64,000 nucleotides of DNA, from positions 405,604,001 through 405,668,000 of the forward strand of contig NC_091286.1 in the NCBI RefSeq assembly GCF_032444005.1. Reading direction: 5' to 3'. Numbering within the stretch: the stretch's first letter is position 1; each line of letters starts with the position of its first letter. Below, in pieces: positions 60,226-64,000 of the stretch. A program made the position numbers and the translations under genes. The notes under the pieces were generated by a model. The model made no database searches, was not told the origin of the DNA, and saw only the letters and a program-made list of their open reading frames with translations. The stretch comes from Ranitomeya imitator (lineage: Eukaryota).

Positions 60226-62149
60226 GGGTATCCATGGTTACGACCACTGATAGTGACAGATAGCTAGTTGTTAGTGGTCATAACCATTGATACCTAAGGT
60301 CCTGTAATGCCTACACATGAGGAAAGAGACGTAGCGAAAAACTATACTGCTATAACAGAAAATGTTCTGCAGCTGGTGCAGAAGAGCTAAAAACTGCAAA
60401 GCAGAAGAGCTAAAAACTGCAAAATTCTGTGGAACTATTCCTTTTTTATGCCAGTTTTTTGGCATATTTGGGATGATAGTCTATTACTCAACAGGGCAAT
60501 CACCTGCTCACAAGTTTACATGCCTTCTCTTAGAAATGTCCCTCTCCCTATTGTGGATTAGTACATAGGGGAAGTGCCATCTGCACAGAAGAAGAAACTT
60601 CCTGGGAAGCCAGCAATGCGGAGCTCCATTTCTAGTGTATCCATCCCTTTTAGTTACAGATACAATCAGTAAGAGATGTATTATGTTAAGCCATGCAGGT
60701 TCCTAAGCAGTAAGAGCAAAAGACAGTATGTCATACATTGGGAAAGGTTTCAAAATATGGTCAAATTAGCCATCTTGTTATCATCTTCATATCGTTCTGA
60801 CAACATAAAGCTGATTCTGGTCCTTTTCATTTACTGCAGTTATGTTTCTTATGTTCATGTGGTCTAATGAGGCTCTCGTGAGTGTTAATTGTCCAGTTCT
60901 GTATTGAGAATTCTACAAGGCCCATATTCCCTTTCCACAAAGGAGACATTAATTTGGAAAACTCAGCCTAATCTAATGACCAACTGCTTTGCAACCTTAT
61001 TTTATAATATGGGAGCCATTGGGCAAACTCTTGTTAGTTGCAGCTTGTGGCCACACCTTTATACTGAGTTTTTACCCCAAGTCCATGTATGAGTTTCTAT
61101 CACATACCCATTGATCACTCTTTTCTAGACCTCTTCCATTGTACAGTTTACCATGGAGAAAGATCAACTTACGGTACTTGTATTGTATGCCTGTCCTAGT
61201 CTCCCACTCTTATCTTTGTGATGATTCATAGTTGTGGAGATGGAAGCCGTACTGAAATTATTCATATTACTCACGTGAACCTAAAGAGTCATCTGTGAAT
61301 TTACAATGGTAATGAAGGTGACCTGCTGCATTAATTCTGGTTCAGTAAGTTTTTTCCAGGCTTTAACAAATTCCTGACACAAAAGGAAAAAAACATGCAG
61401 TATATTTAGCACAATCGGGCCATTTAACACATTCCTGTGTAGGTGGCCATCGGGCCTTCAAATAGTGCAAGCAGTTTGAATCCCTTCATAGCGACCCATG
61501 AGGCTCCTACTTACTAAAGGGGCATAGACATTAGATGGCTGTTAGCCGAATGCTCGTTCATTCTACTTGGCCAAGCATGTATGTTCTCAGTAGGATGAGG
61601 GAAGTAAGCTGCTGCCACACTCCCATGGAGACTGTTTAATTCTCTTAGGCTGGTTTCACACATTTGTGAACACAGACCTCTAGGTGTGCTGATCTGAGCT
61701 GTATAATTCATAGGCATATATAAAACTATACTCTGCTACTGGACTCTGGCTGCTCCTTGGTACTGCTGTCCTGTGTCTCCCACTGGTCTTTATGCTAATT
61801 GTTGATGACGCCTCTGTAGTTTATGGCGCAATAAAACAGTTACCAATAGGTATGCCAATAGTAGTTAACGTACTAATAATGAAGTCTAAAGTTCCTGTGA
61901 CATTTAGAAAGTGGTTTCTCAGCACAGCCAAATAGATGAGCGCTACACGTGTGCCAAGCGCTATGTTTGACCCCAGCCTAAAAAATAAGAGCCCTTTAAT
62001 TTACTGTTATACATTTGGCAATTTACTATAAGCTATCACATATTGGCGCTGTAGAAGACTTTTGCAAGTTCCTTGAAAGCACATCAGGGACATCTGTTTT
62101 CATCCTTAATGCCCCCTTCACAAATCTGTTATTTATGTCCGTATGCGGT

Positions 62150-63020
62150 TCATTTTTTAAGTACCGCAAATACGGACACTAGGAAAACTATTCTATTTAA
62201 TGGCAGTGCACACATGTCAGGTTTTACACACTGACTGGGTGTCCATGTGAATAACCTGCAGACATGTCCCTTAATGTACCACGGACAAAATGCATGCTGC
62301 ACACATGAACACTGATGACATCCGTGTGATACATATCAATGCCTCGGAAAGGCAGTACAATTAGCACTGTCCCTGGATACCGGGTGCTGAATGCAGCTGT
62401 CATCATTGTCGCCTGGTCTCCCTACCCTGCAATCAGCGAGATCAAGCGATGCTAATGAGACTTGTGGTCCGCACCCGCTGTGTAGTTTGTATTAAATATA
62501 ATTAAATTAAAAAAAACTTTCCCTGTAATTTTTATAACCAGCTGAGGGAAAGCTGATGGCGGGTGCTGATGTTAATATTTTTGGAAGTGGCCAATATCCA
62601 TAAAAGTTTCTAGGCTATTACATCTCACAGCTGTTTGCTTAGCCTTTACTGGTTATTAAATAAATGACGTGGGGTCCCACCTAAATTTAGTAACCAGCAA
62701 AGGCTAAACGGACAGCTGTGAACTGATATTAATAGTCTAGGAATGGGCCATGGATATTGGCCCCCTCCCAGACTAAGAACATTAGCAATCAGCTGCCCCA
62801 GAAATTGTGCATCCATTATATGCGCCAGTTTTGGCGCTTAGCTTCGGCTCTTCCCACTGGCCCTGGTGCGGTGACAAGTGGGGTATTAGTTGTGGGGTTG
62901 ATATAAGCTGGTTTATGGCCGCTGACATCAAGCCCAGGGGTTAGTAATGGAAAGGCATCTATAAGACACCTGTTTACTAACCCGTAGTCAAATTTAATAA
63001 TGATATAGAGTAAAGTCCTT
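62150..63020. mobile_element. Non-autonomous DNA transposon remnant related to 55150-55750
   Basis: Shared blocks such as TGACATCAAGCC...TTAGTAATG...CTATAAGACACC. Confidence 0.55.
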
Positions 63021-63439
63021 TAATTGAAATAAAAACAAGTCCTTATCTGAGCACGTTCTCAGATCACTATCTCTTTGAACATCTTTAAGCCTGCTGTTCT
63101 GTAGGTATTGGCTATACACTTGTGCTGTTCGGGTCAATATGACCTGACTTATTAAAGTCTGTTAATTTTGACATTTAGCTACTCTATTATTTGAATACCA
63201 GTTGCATTGTTTAACTGTATGTGAACATGGTTGGTAAAAAAAACAAATGAAAACTAAAAATCAAAACTTCAGTTTGCTCTTTTTTTTCTCTAGAAAAGGG
63301 TTGTACAGGTTCATGCATTACTATATTCAGGCTTTCTTGCATTCTGCACAGAAATAACTCACATGTTCTTTACATAAATATTTACTATGAGTAGAACATG
63401 TAATATTTGTTTTATCACACAGAGATGGACAAATGCTGT

Positions 63440-64000
63440 ATCTTTTCCTTTTTAGTCTTTTTCTGGTGGAAGCCGTGGGTTTGCGTTGTTGAGCATGCTG
63501 CTGGGTACGGTTTTATATGGCTGCTGCTCCTTCTCTTCAGGGGTTTTGCTTTTCTTCCTAGAATAGATGGCACAACTAGTGACTTTCCTAATTCTTCCGG
63601 AAAGAGTCTTCGTATATGCAGTTTATTGGCGTTACAATCTTTTTCACGTCATAAACAAATGCATTGTAGGCAGATACATCAACAGCGTTTATAATATAAA
63701 GTGAAACCAGTGGCCACCAATTGCTTTTGCGTTTGCTTGTGTACGTAGCTATTATTTGATCTAGTGTTGTCAACTGCCCCTTGGTGGAATTATGATCTAA
63801 TATCGTCTGCAGCTTTTTGTCATCTCGACTACTTACTGCATGGTCATCGTACAGCATGCTCCTCAGAATTGCTTGTTTGTTTGTTGGGGAATGTAAGAAT
63901 CCACTGTCACCTCCAGTAAAGTAAAACGGTGAAATCTGAACATCACTTTTGCCAACGATACCTTGCTGCAGTTCAGGCTTTTTCTTACAGTGCCCAGCAT
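63440..64000 (-). pseudogene. piggyBac (PGBD-like) transposase fragment
   Basis: ILDHNSTKGQLTTLDQIIATYTSKRKSNWWPL...VDVSAYNAFV resembles the piggyBac ILDYNxTKGGVDxxD...KRKTxRWP...DISAYNAFV region. MLGTVRK lies upstream. Frameshifted. Confidence 0.8.

Noticed and set aside
60560-60720. Possible abcc5 exon 3 (RYNQ*EMYYVKPCRFLSSK faintly like KYHHGLSALKPIRTTSK)
   Set aside because: In-frame stop, wrong splice phase and no match to the LECQDALETAARAEG part. Exon 3 probably lies beyond the window.

Overview
Eukaryotic, anuran-like (frog) genomic DNA, dominated by nested transposons. From 1 to ~40.9 kb it is a TE stack. This stack holds the 5' half of a DIRS1 element, a decayed Tc1, and a long piggyBac-like non-autonomous scaffold. 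It also holds two Neptune-type Penelope-like elements (PLEs) with a 5'-inverted pLTR and hammerhead ribozymes, two full-length chromodomain Gypsy (sushi/Tf1-like) elements, two L2 LINEs, and many Harbinger, Kolobok and hAT MITEs. A retrozyme-like hammerhead repeat cluster lies at 18.7-21.3 kb. From ~41 kb the window contains the 5' end of the host gene abcc5 on the + strand: a CpG-rich promoter, a probable non-coding exon 1, a ~6-kb 35-bp minisatellite in intron 1, the first coding exon (49458-49586) and the MITE-rich start of intron 2. The strongest observations are three. First, compensatory base changes between the two Gypsy subfamilies support tRNA-independent self-priming. Second, a 384-bp hammerhead monomer carries a U2-snRNA-like GC-box+octamer. 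Third, up to six insertions share one PLE-type signature: an inverted copy of the 3' end placed at the 5' end, plus a long TSD (13-17 bp in the clearest cases). All identities and counts were made by eye and need computational confirmation.
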